Below, piece by piece: positions 38,471-50,137 of a stretch of DNA of 64,000 nt. A program made the translations under genes and the position numbers. Numbering within the stretch: the stretch's first letter is position 1; each line of letters starts with the position of its first letter. The DNA is from Raja brachyura (Eukaryota): positions 12,152,001-12,216,000 of the forward strand of contig OY740814.1 in assembly GCA_963514005.1 (NCBI GenBank), given 5' to 3'. The notes beneath the pieces are model-generated. The model saw only the letters and a list, made by a program, of their open reading frames with translations. It made no database searches and was not told the DNA's origin.

Positions 38471-40440
38471 AGGACCACAGCTGGTGGATGTAGCTTGGTC
38501 ACATAATGCAACAAGTGTACTGATGTACAAAGCCAATTATCCAGCAATGGAACTACCAGGTTAATTCACGTATGCAGGAAAATATGTCTTATTGTTAAGC
38601 TAATAAATAACTAACAGACTAAGTATTCAGCAGGCATTTACATTTCCCTGAAATGTTTGTCTTTGAAGTTATGATTTTTATGTTATATTTTGTTAACTGT
38701 TGAATATTGCTTTGACTCTCGTAACTGTGGCGATACAGTTAGTATAGTTGTTTTTTTTTAAACTCCCAATCACTTCAGTGACCTCATGATCTTGATGTTG
38801 CTCAGGATCAATGCTGTACAGCGCTGATAAAGATGCAGTAATCTGTGCCACTGTACCGCTTCCCCAGCCTCTGCTACCATGGTTGCAGTGTGCAGTCACT
38901 ATAATTTGGGTCACCAGTGCCCAAATGCAACTTGGTAACCTTGTAGCTTTTAGCTAACGTATGTAGCATAACTGTTAAATTTGCCCAACGATGATTTTGT
39001 GTAGGTTAAAAAATGCTGCCCTTGTACAGCTGCAACATCGACAGGCAGCAACCTTAACTCTAAAAATAAATGGGTAAATTACTGTGAAAGTCAAAGGTAA
39101 ACCTGGAGTCTGAAGGGAGATTGGATATATGGAGATCTAGTGCCAAATTTAGGTTTTAGAATGTAATTTGGTCACAAGCAGCAGACTGTTGTTTACTTCT
39201 GAAATCTTTTTTGATCTTTTGATAGCACCTTCAGAAAATGTGATTATGATGAATATGAGTATAATTATTGATGCTTTCTGAAACAATCTTGTATTTTCCA
39301 CTTTACCTCAATCTTGTTTCTTGAGGATTCCAGATGCTGTACTTAATACTTAACAGATGTTGGTTGCAGAATTTGCGCTTGTCAGCTTACTTCATTATGG
39401 TGGCTTGTCTATTGGTATGCAGAGGAGGACAGAGGCTGCTGAGGATATTGTCAATGTGCTGTGTTTACATGGTGGAACACACTATGCATTAAATTCCCCC
39501 CTCGTTAGTGTTTTTCTAATTAAGTTCAGCAAAACTTTTCTTTAGGATTCCAACAAGTTGAAAAATCTAAATTGTTACCCGAATTAAAACAATATTCTGT
39601 GTTGCCTTTTTGTGGAGCAAGTTACAGCTTGCGAATTGGACCTTGTCCAAAAAAAAGGGGTGACCTATATTTCTGATGAAACAAAATATGCTTGACGTCT
39701 TCTGAGTTTTAAAAAAAAAACATGAAGCATAAAGCCTGTTATGGATAAAAACAATTAAGTCCTCACCTCTGGATAAACAAGTACTGATTTATAGTAGGTC
39801 GGAAATTGTAAGACTGAACTCGAATTTTTGTAGATGGATTAAAGTGTCCAAATCAAGCTGATTACAGGGTAAAATATTGATGCAGGCAATCAGAATTCTT
39901 AAGAAATTGTGATTTAACCACAGATATTGTCAAAGATGTATTTTCATTTCAGGATGCAGAGAATTGATTTGAATATTGTAACAATTGGACTTTATGGAAG
40001 TGAGTTCTTCATATCGTAAAACAAATGATTATTAAAGTTACCCTTCAATTATAGTTTATAAGGCATTTATTTTCAGTTGTGTGTGTATATATTACAAAGC
40101 ATAGTGATTCCAAATTGTACATCTACCTTAAATTATATTTGTGTTCCGCACAATATATATTCACTTCAGATTTGTAAATATCTTACGAAAATAATCCACT
40201 AACTTTTATAGTTATATTAAAAAAGATGATGCATGCGTTATTATCTTTCATATTTAAGGTTGTATTTTAGAGTAGAATCTGAAACAAGAGAGGAGTGGAT
40301 GGAAACTATTTTGTAAATACATTGTGCACTTACAATGAAATGAATTAAATTCAGCTGGAAAATTGATTTTGTGCACCACACTGGGGAAGCTGATGTATGG
40401 TCTATTTATAATAAAACACTGTTTTCATGGAAACTGGACC
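38471..40440 (+). other. NEDD4: NEDD4 3'UTR (approximate end)
   Basis: No recognisable repeats, AU-rich. AATAAA at 38602, 39065, 40410 and 40593; the 40410 signal has U-rich sequence downstream. Confidence 0.65.
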
Positions 40441-41126
40441 TGGTTTTTAATTGAGATTTTCAGCACTTTTGAAAAATATTTCAATGCTTAATAGCTTTGT
40501 TTTTTTTCCCCCTCCAAATTGTTTTGGGCCCCTCGTGTTATTGCAGCGGGAACACGGCAATCATTCTGTTGTTCACTGAATGTATGTTGTACAATAAAAC
40601 AAGAGGAACAGAAACAGATTATTCTATTGCAACTCAGGAGGGCTATGATCTGTAGTTAGGCTACTGCTGCTATGAAGTGTGCAGAGGTAATGCTCGCTGC
40701 TCCTCGGGCTTTTGCAAAAGTGCATTCACTTTAAAGAGCCCCTCTCGTTGCCAGCAATACCCGGGGAGATGGTTTGGTGGGATCGGTTGCAACCTTCAAC
40801 GTGGGCACCCTCTCGCAACCTCACCATGCGTCATCCAGCAAGCTGCTGCTGCTTATTACTGTTTGTAGGGATTGATTTGTCTTATTGATCTGAGGGTATT
40901 AAACAAATGTTTCTATGATGTGTGGATATGGAAGAGCACGGAGAGGGGAGCAGAAATGTGTATTCCGACCACATTTCCGACCGGACATACATCACGGGAT
41001 TCTATTCATCGTGGCATCTTTAAGGTTGTTAGGGGAGTATTTGTTTTTTGGTCACTAGCACTAAAAGAGCCTTGGGTACAGGCCCCCCTTGGAATATTCC
41101 CTTCCTTACAATGTTTCAGTAACAAC

Positions 41127-41700
41127 TGAAGTCTCGTCTCGGGCTGAATAAAACACACAGCTGCTACAGTTTAGTGGCTATTTAATTTGAGCAATCAAAG
41201 ACTAATTTCTACTCCTTATCATCCAAACCACCTCAGTCTTTTCAGCAACAGTACAGATGCTCATTGCTGATACATTTCTTATCCTCCACGTTAGCTCCTG
41301 TTTGACAAATCTTGTGGGACTGGAGCCTCATCAGGACATGGAAAGCCACTTGACTGGCCCGCCCTCCCATTGCTAACGTCAACCATTAGGGCTATGGCTT
41401 TGCAACCATCGGTCTTATGCCTTTGAGACAGGCAGAAAAATACCGGCAGTTAGTAGAAATGTGAGGCAAGAGTTGTCATTGGAGATGATGGGGATTACAC
41501 ACTCCCTCAAAACCCTGCCTCAACAGAGCCCGCTCCACTAGAATTATTCCCCAACCGGTCATACCTCTGCAGAACCATCTTCCATTAGATCTAAACCTCA
41601 AACCAGTTTCAACTTTTCTGCACCTCTGCGGAAACATACCCCAGTAGATCCATTCCTCAACGGTGCTAACCCCGGCTGCCCAATGTGCAGTCACCCCTTT
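41127..41700 (-). mobile_element. Possible LTR (about 41127-41499) with adjacent internal stub
   Basis: Minus strand shows purine tract GAGGGAG then TGTAATC...GACTTCA termini and ATTAAA; no TSD or second LTR verified. Confidence 0.3.
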
Positions 41701-42139
41701 GGCAAAAGCAAGAAATGAAAGCCGTGTGGTATAATAGATCTCAATCTGTGCAATAATTGATATTATGTACTTAACCTGGGTGTCTCAAAGTCTTGTGAGA
41801 ATAAACCTAAATCTGTTGTTGATCCTGTGCAAACTGAAAGCCAAACCTTGCCCGTGTGTAATTTTAATAACACTCGTGGTCATGGTCACATTCAAGCTTT
41901 TGTTTTTGCAGCAAACAATTTATTCATGGAAATATGAAATGAAAGATCTCTTTATCTGAAACGGGCTGAGTGTGTCATGTCTAGTGAGATGGTTGATGCT
42001 CCATTGATTCAAAAGATGCTCTAGTTCTCAGTGTGTGTTTGCTACAAATCAACCCTCCACAACATTGAAATCCAATGTCAGACGTAATGTGGCTGTCTAC
42101 AATGGGACTATCCGAGCAATGTTACCATAGTCATAAAGA

Positions 42140-42700
42140 TATACAACATAGAAACAGCCCCATCGGCCCATCTCATCCATGCCAACCAAGATACATTTGG
42201 CCCCTATCCTTTCAAACCTTTGATATCTGTGCACTGTCCAAATGACTTTTCACCATTGTTATTGTATCTGCCTCAACACTTCTCCAGGTAGCTTGTTCCA
42301 TATAGTTGCCACCCTGTGCAAAACAAATTGCCCCTCAGATCCTTATAAATCTATTCCCCTCATCTTGAATGTAAGCCCTCCAGTTTTAGACCGCCCTAAC
42401 CTGGGCTAAAGACTGACCATCCATCTTATCTATGCCCCCTCTTGATTTTCCAGCTCTGAATCTCCTACATTCCAGGGAAAGAAGTCCCAGCCATTCCTTA
42501 TAACGCAAGTCCTCCAGTTCTTGAAACATCCTTGTGAATCTCTTTTGCGCCCTTTCTAGCTTAATGTCATCCTTTTTGCTGGGTGACCAAAACTGCACAG
42601 AATAATCTCACTGACATTTTGTAACTCCTGTACTCGATGGCCTATGTGCCAACTACCGCCTTTACCATCCTGTCTGCCATTGTCACTACTCTCATATTGG
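42140..42700 (-). mobile_element. CR1 LINE 3' fragment, decayed
   Basis: QFWSP...KLERAQKRFTRM...LLSLECRR. Confidence 0.8.
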
Positions 42701-42777
42701 ATGGCCTTCCAGTCGGGCATAGTTGCTTTATGTTGAGTGACCATATCTCCCATTGGCACGGCAGTGAGTAAATGGGC

Positions 42778-43088
42778 GGTCACTGTGGCGCAGCGGTAGA
42801 GTTGCTGCCTTACAGCGAATGCAGCGCCGGAGACCCGGGTTCGATCCCGACTACGGGTTCTGTCTGTATGGAGTTTGTACGTTCTCCTTGTGACCTGCAT
42901 GGGTTTTCTCTGAGATCTTCGGTTTCCTCCCGCACTCCAAAGACGTACAGGTTTGTAGGTTAATTGGCTTTATAGAAGTGTAAATTGTCCCTAGTGTGTG
43001 TAGGATGGTGTTAATGTGCAGGGATCGCTGGTAGGTAGGGACCCGGTGGGCCGAAGGGCCAGTATCCGCGCTGTATCTCTAAACTAAA
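42778..43088 (+). mobile_element. HE1-like V-SINE, near full length
   Basis: A box, B box GGTTCGATCCC, V-domain, CR1-type tail. Confidence 0.9.
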
Positions 43089-43789
43089 TGACAGTCCCTT
43101 CCAGACCATTTCCAGATGCGAAAGCAATTGTAAAAAGATGTGTGAGTATGAATCAACTACAGGTAATTGTTTTTTTTTGTGGGTATGTATTTGTATTCAG
43201 GATGATGCTGGTGAAAATGCTTTTCCCATTTCTCTGTATTTCGATTTTGAATGATCCTGAATGATACAGAAACCAGGTCAGTGCAAAGTGAAGATCCTTC
43301 CAGTACTGCAATGAAAGTCTTTGAAGCATACGAATTCCTCGACCCAAAAAAAGGACGAGGGTTCATCTTGTCTGCCTTTCCTCATCCTTTTGTTGTGTAA
43401 CAAAAATGTTATGTTGATATACTGCGATCACTCTCGTTCAGTGTGATTGCAACTGAATGACCTCTCCTATGGTCTAAAACATTTTTGAATTAGTATGACC
43501 ATAGTTTTTCCTTCACTTTTGGCTTTTGATGATTTGACTTTGATTGTGTGCAGCAGATACGGCTGCCAAAGCAAGGCAGTGGCTCTTGCATCACAGGTAG
43601 TGGGAATCTACTGTCACCACAGGGCAACCTGAATTTGGACAGTGAGCATCAATGGATGATCCACTTGTGCAGAACATTAGAACACTTGTTTCTGCCAGCA
43701 GAGGAGTTAAAGGGATGTGGTAGGTATGGAATGTTAGGAATTTCAGAAGGCCTTGAGGTGCCGTACATGTGATTAGTAAACAACATTAG

Positions 43790-45510
43790 AACTTGTGGAG
43801 TTGGGGGTGATGTATTGATGTGGATCAAAGATTCCTAAATAGATAGGAATAAATGGGTAATTTTTCAATTGAGTGGCCATAAACGGCAAGACCACAGGGA
43901 TTTGTGGAGCTCCAGCACCAGGTGTTCACAATGGTTAGATGAGTGGAAAGAGGGGTTTGGGAGAGTGGGTCATGCATAATATCTCCAGGTTTATTGATGA
44001 TGCCCAGGTTAAAGCTTCAGTATTGTGAATTATGAGAATACATAGAGGATTCAAGGGGAGGTGGACAATTTTTTGTTAGTGTTGTGAGGTAAATGAAACT
44101 TTCACTGCTCGTAATTTACTTAACTTTATTTAAGCTTTAAGCAACTTATTTCTTTAATACATTACTCAGAAACGTCTGGCAAACATGGCTGATTCCGCAG
44201 GCCTTTCCCGCCCGAAATACTTTGCACATGCGCACACTCCGGGAATGTCCTGCGCATGCGCACACTCTAGAAGAGCCCCGCACATGGGCCCACTTCAGTT
44301 AGTATGTAAGGACTTTCCCAATAATGTTACATATTAGGGAAAGTCCTTGCCTACGGACAAAGCTTCGTTCTCCACCGGTAGATAAAATAGATAAGCAGAA
44401 TGCCTTTTAAGTGGCCAGAATGAAAGATGTCGGTATTCTGTGGCATCTGGATGTCCTTGTATGTCAATCACTGAAAGTTAACATGCGGATATAAGGAAGC
44501 CAAATGTTACTTTGATCTTTATAGCAAACCCATTTGAGTACGACATTTTATTGAAAATATATGATGCCCAGGTGAAACTGTACCTGGAATGTTTGTTATC
44601 TACAGATCTGTTCTCCCCACCAAAGAAAGGATATACTTATGAAAGAGAAAGTTCAATTGTGATCAAGTAGACTGATTCTTGAGATGGAGATATTGGTTTG
44701 TTGAAATATTAATCAGACACAGCTGACATTGTAGAGAATAAATAAATATCATGTAATTGAAAGGAGCTTGATGCAGAGTTGATCTGTCCCTAGTGTGGCT
44801 GTCTTGAACCAGGGGGTCATAATTTCAGAATAATGAGTTGGGTTTTCAGGATTATGGAGAGAAGAAACTTGTTCACCAAAGGCCAGTAAATCTTAGGAAT
44901 TCTCACTCAAAGTGAGCTCTTGTGCATCAGGCATTAAGTATATACCAAGATTGCTAAATCGTTGGATACTGAGGGAATCAAGGGATCTGGGTGAGTACAG
45001 GAAAGTGCCACTGAGTTATAGAGTCATAGACATTTACCAGCATGGAAACCTCTGCTGTGACACAACTTGTTTCATGTTGACCAAGTTGGCATTCTGGGCG
45101 AGTGCCATTTGCTTGCATTGGGTACAATTCCTCTGAACAATTCCTGAACACATGTTCAGATATCTTTTTTTAAAGTCTTAGATTCAGAAAAAAGGTGAGC
45201 AGTGTCTGGAATGATGTTAGCTGGGCTCACAGGCTTGAGTTACAGGCTTGGACAGGCTGGGATTATTTTGTAACATTGGAGGCTGAAGGGTGACATAATG
45301 GAGATGTACAAGATCATGACAGGCACGGATAAAATGAACGCTCATAGTCTTTTCCCCAGAGGACGTAGTCTTAAGGTGAGGAGGAAGATATTTAAGACGA
45401 ACCTTAGTGGCAACTTCTTCACTCAGAGGTTTAGTCTGTATCTGAAATGAACTGCCAGGGGAAGCTGTAGAATCAGATCTAATTACAGCTTTTAAATGAC
45501 ATTTAGTTCC
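43790..45510 (+). mobile_element. Decayed CR1 RT-region fragments
   Basis: Remnants resembling LMWIKD, ISRFIDD and GNFFTQR CR1 motifs; interrupted at about 44070-44375. Confidence 0.6.
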
Positions 45511-45522
45511 ATGGATAGCAAC

Positions 45523-45945
45523 AGTATAGTTTAGAGAAACAACATGGAAACAAGCGCTACGGCCCACTGCGTTTGCGTCGACCTGCAATCACCCGGTAAC
45601 TAGTTCTATCCTACACATTAAGGACAATTTGCGGAATCCAATTAACATACAAATTTGAAGTTTGAAGAAGGGTCTTGACCGGAAACGTCGCCAATTCCTT
45701 CTCTCACCCGCTGAGCTTCTCCAGCATTTTGTGTCTACCTTCGATTTTACCAGCATCTGCAGTTCTTTCTTAAACATACAAATCTATGTCTTTGGAATGT
45801 ATGAGGAAACCGGAGCACCCAGAGATAACTCACGTGATGTCAGGGAGAACGTACAACCTCCATACAGATGGCACCCATAGTCAGGATTGAACCCAGATCA
45901 CTGGCATTGTAAGACGGCAACTCTACCGCAGTACAACTGTGCCAC
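45523..45945 (-). mobile_element. HE1-like SINE interrupted by a Penelope-derived element (45655-45772)
   Basis: 11-bp duplication AACATACAAAT at 45644-45654 and 45773-45783. Confidence 0.8.
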
Positions 45946-46012
45946 CCTACAAGAGTTGAGAGGGATATAGGCCAAATGCAGGCAAATGGGACCAGCCAAA
46001 TATGCCAACTTA

Positions 46013-46291
46013 TGCCCCTGTCCCACTTAGGAAACCTGAACGGAAACCTCTGGAGACTTTGCGCCCCACCCAAGGTTTCCGTGCGGTTCCCGGAGGTTTT
46101 TGTCAGTCTCCCTAATGGTCGAAAGTGGTTTCCGTTTTTAAAATCTGTAATTTTTTAGTCAAAGCCAGTTGCGATGCTAGTTGAAGGTGGTTGCCGGAGG
46201 ACAGAAACCTTCGGGAACCGCATGGAAACCTTGGGTGGGGCGCAAAGTCTCCAGAGGTTTCCGTCCAGGTTTCCTAAGTGGGACAGGGGCA
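46013..46291. mobile_element. PIF/Harbinger-type MITE, opposite-orientation copy of 2929-3208
   Basis: Same TIRs, internal segment reverse-complemented; flanks TTA and TAA. Confidence 0.85.
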
Positions 46292-46312
46292 TAAGGGACA
46301 AGGTGGGCTGAA

Positions 46313-46900
46313 GGAAGACAGAAAATGCTGCAGTAACTCAGCAGGACAGGCAGCATCTCTGGAGAGAAGGAATGGGTGACGTTTTGGGTCTAGACCCTTC
46401 TTCAGATTGATGTCAGGGGAGAGGGAGATACGTAGATAAGGAAGTGTTAGGTGTGAAAATGGGACAAAGTGAATGGAGATCAAGGAAACTATAGAATAGA
46501 TAATTGCTAGCTGGGAGAACATAATCACAACAAAGCAAACAGAGATAAAATGTCAGAGTCAGTAAGTGGCCACAGAACTGGGAAGGGGGAGGGATGTAGA
46601 GAGGAAAAGCAAGGGATACTTGAAGTTAGAGAAGTCAATGTTCATACCGCTGGGGTGATAACTGCCCAAGTGAAATATGATGTGCTGTTCCTCCAATTTG
46701 CGCGGGGCTGCACTCTGACAACTGCAGTTGCTTCCCACACAGGTGGGCTGAAAGGCCTGTTTTTGTAGTGCAGATCTATGATTCCAAATGAATTTGCGAG
46801 CGGGTTGATCATTGTTAGTGAAGGCGATAAAGCTGATGAGTTCCACATGGGCGCAGCAAGCAGCACCAATACAGTCATTGATAGCATTTATTTTGGTGTC
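46313..46900 (-). mobile_element. Penelope-like fragments: ORF C-terminus plus 3' region with hammerhead motif (46313-46740), and adjacent RT remnant
   Basis: RKLEEQHIIFHLGSYHPSGMNIDFSNFK; INDCIGAACCAHVELISFIAFTNNDQPARKFIW (YIDD-region remnant); duplication AGGTGGGCTGAA at 46301-46312 and 46741-46752. Confidence 0.8.
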
Positions 46901-47171
46901 CTTGTCATGTCTGCCAGCTGCAAGGAGATCCTTCACCAGCCACATCTTGCCCTTCCCACCCCTTTCTGCCTCCACCTTTTATCTGCTGTACGACTCCGAG
47001 TGAGTCTAACATCACTATGTGCTGCAGATATTCTTGTACTTGCATGAAAATTGCTCGACAAATGAATGGTATCCCACGAGTCAAAGAATAAACTTATAGT
47101 CAAGGATTTCATGGTTTCGAAAGTCATTAATTCCTTTTGCATCAAAAGCCGGATTCAAATGAACTGTTCAG

Positions 47172-47207
47172 GCTGCACTGATTGCAAGTGTCCACCAGGT
47201 GGCGGTC
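47172..47207 (+). promoter_or_regulatory. CTCF binding site (core plus upstream module)
   Basis: TGTCCACCAGGTGGCGGTC at 47189-47207 with CTGCAC 10 nt upstream. Confidence 0.7.
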
Positions 47208-47549
47208 TTCATTTAATAATCATCACCAGATACTTAAGGATTTAATTCAATTTTTTTCTGGAGCTCATTCGCTCTGAATGAGTGTGTCTGATCTTTGGAG
47301 TGTGATTTGTTCTCCCTACAATTACAAGTAGACACTGGGTAGAGAGGGGAATAAAAGGATGGAGGGTTTGTTTATCTAAAATTGGTACATTTTCTTCCCT
47401 GTGCACCACCTGTGCAGGATGTGCACCGATTTCTTCCTGTCCCCTCCATTACCCTAACCCCAGCCCATTCCCTTCCTCACGTTCCCTCTAAACCTCTTGG
47501 CCTCTACTTTAAATCCATGCACTCCGGATTGGATAGATACTTCTGTTTT

Positions 47550-47834
47550 TTTAGTTTTAAAGAAGCAGCACGGAAACAGGTCCTTCGGCCCACCGAGTCC
47601 ACACCGACCAGCGATCCCCGCACACTAACACTGGGAGAATTTTAATTTACACCAAGCCAATTGACCGACAAACCTGTACGTCCTTGGAGTGTGGGAAGAA
47701 ACCGAAGATCTTGGAGAAAACCCACGTGGTCATGGGGAGAACGTACAAACTCCGTACAGACAGCCCCCGTGGTCGGGATCAAACCTGGGTCTCCGGCGCT
47801 GTAAGGCAGCAACTCTACCGCTGCGCCACCGTGG
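47550..47834 (-). mobile_element. HE1-like V-SINE
   Basis: Reverse complement of the family consensus seen at 42778. Confidence 0.88.
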
Positions 47835-49409
47835 TGCCTTGGTATGGGGACATGTTTCCTGCTGTCCACCCTATCTGTGCCCTTCATCATTTTGTATACC
47901 TGTGATAGGTCCTCTCTAAACATCCTCTGCTCCAAGTAAAACACATTCCAGCAGTTGGAAAATGAGAGGAATTATGTCAATAAAGCCTTTTGAGAATATA
48001 TTTCTAAATTTTGATTTTTATTCTTCTAACAATGTTTTGATATAGTGGTCACCTACACTCAGTCTGTAGAAGGGTTCAGACTTGAAACGTCATCTACTCT
48101 TTTTCTCCACTGACCCACTGAGTTGCTCCAGCATTTTGTGTCTATCTGGTTTAGTTTAGTTTATTATTGTCACATGTACAGTGAAAAGCTTTTGTTTGCC
48201 TGTTATCCAGTCAGAGATAAGACTATACACAAATACAATCAAGCTGTCTACAGTTGGCACAGATAAAGGATAAAGGGCACAACATAAGTGCAAAATTATG
48301 AAACTTAATTTTGCCCAGTGTTTATTGATAGAGTATATAATAGATCACTGTGTATCACTGTGTCCAAAAAATAATAACCTTTCAAACACACCAGCTTCAG
48401 ATGTCAAAAGGATGAATGGAGATGAGGCCGGTGAATGATTATCATTGCAATAATAAGATAGTCGGTAGAATAATCCATTATTTGGGAGAATCAACAACAT
48501 TGGCATTTAGAACAGAACAGTGCAGCATGGGAACAGGCCCTTCAGCCCACTATGTCAATACTGGCCATGATGCCAAGTTAAACTAATCTCCTGTGCCTGT
48601 ATGTGATCCAATTCCAAATATCAACGAGCCTACCATTTTATGTAGTGCTGTAAGATAATATCTCAAGATGCATCTCAATAGTGATTTTCATACAAAATTG
48701 GATTCTTGCTACTTAAAGGAGTATTAGGACAGGTGGCCAAAACTTGGTAAAAGTGAGGTTTTAATTAGTTTAAATAGTGAATGAGACATGTTGGTCCCCA
48801 GATATTTAGGAGAAGAGTTTAGAGGATTTTGGAGGAGAGACTCTGGCCTTGGCATAAGGGTACACATAGTTGTCAATGATATAGCAAAGACATTCGGAAA
48901 TATGCGAGACCAGAATTAGAACGTGGCGATCTTAAAAGGTTGCCGGTTCTGTAAGCGTTTACTGGAAAGGGTAAGGAGAAGAATGAGAAGCTTATTGCAT
49001 TCTGATCATTTAAATTAGTTATTAGTTAATAGGAAATCTTCAGAGCTGGAAGTACAGGAGATCTGCAGGTGCTGGAATCTGGAGCAATGAAGAAACTGCT
49101 GGAGGAACTCAGAAGGTCAGGCAGCATCTGTGGGGGAAAATGGACAGATGATGTTTCAGGTCGAAACCCTTCATCTGGACTGAGAGAGGGGAGGGATGTG
49201 GCAAGAACTGGCAAGCCATATGTGGATCTAGGTGAGGAGGGTGTGGTTGGTAGATGGAGCCAGGTGGAGGGGACAGCAACAGAGGCTGGGAGGTGTTAAG
49301 TGGAGATAGCAAAGGGCTGCAGATCATGGAATCTGATTAGGAAGGAACAGAATAAGGGTGAGATGCAGGGCAGATGGGGAACAGTGTGGTATGGGGACAG
49401 AGGAAGGTC

Positions 49410-49880
49410 CCTTGAAGCACTGAAGAGTTATCACCAAATTTGTCTCTGCAAAACCTTCCAAATCTACTGGCAAATTAAACAAATTAATGTCCATGTCCTC
49501 TCCCAAAACAACATCCCTAGCTCCAAGGCTCCCATTATGTTTTGCTGTTTCAGGTGGGCGTGTCAGACTGTGGGCATTCCCAATACTAGACTCCCAAATC
49601 ATGCACGCTGGTCTGAGCTCTGCCAGGGGGAGAGATTACCGTGGGTGAAGACTGCGGAGATGGCGAGGATGTTCTTCAAGCCTCCTTGGGGCGAGGAATT
49701 AAATCATTAACTTCTGGGGATCCAATGACTACTCATAATAGAGGAAGCATGCAGAAGCCAAACTAAAAGGCGTGCACTGCCTCCCACACTACTCACCCAC
49801 CCGCCCTGCCATGCTCCTTTGCCTGCCTATGGCATTGTCTACAGAACCCTCGTTAGCCTCATCAGGACCACAGAACTGGC
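49410..49880 (+). mobile_element. RTE-clade LINE 3' fragment, decayed
   Basis: FRWACQTVGIPNTRLPNHARWSELCQGER resembles RTE LRWAGHV.RMPD.RLPK..LYGEL..G.R. Confidence 0.65.
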
Positions 49881-50041
49881 CAGGAGGTAAATCATCCTCG
49901 AGTGATACCTTCGACAGGTAGCCTTGCAAAAGAGGGTGAGAAACTGAATTTCTCTGCAAACGTCTTTCTGCTGTTAAATTTCCACCTGGATATATTTTTC
50001 TTAAGTATTGAATGCAAAGATATCTAAAAAGAAATCTAAAA

Positions 50042-50137
50042 GGTCTGAAGAAGGGTTTCGGCCCGAAACATTGCCTATTTCCTTCGCTCCATAGATGCTG
50101 CACCCGCTGAGTTTCTCCAGCACTTTTGTCTACCTCT
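50042..50137 (+). mobile_element. Penelope-derived short element, TTCG-loop hammerhead variant
   Basis: CTGAAGAAGGGTTTCGGCCCGAAACATT; duplication GAAATCTAAAA at 50031-50041 and 50138-50148. Confidence 0.78.
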
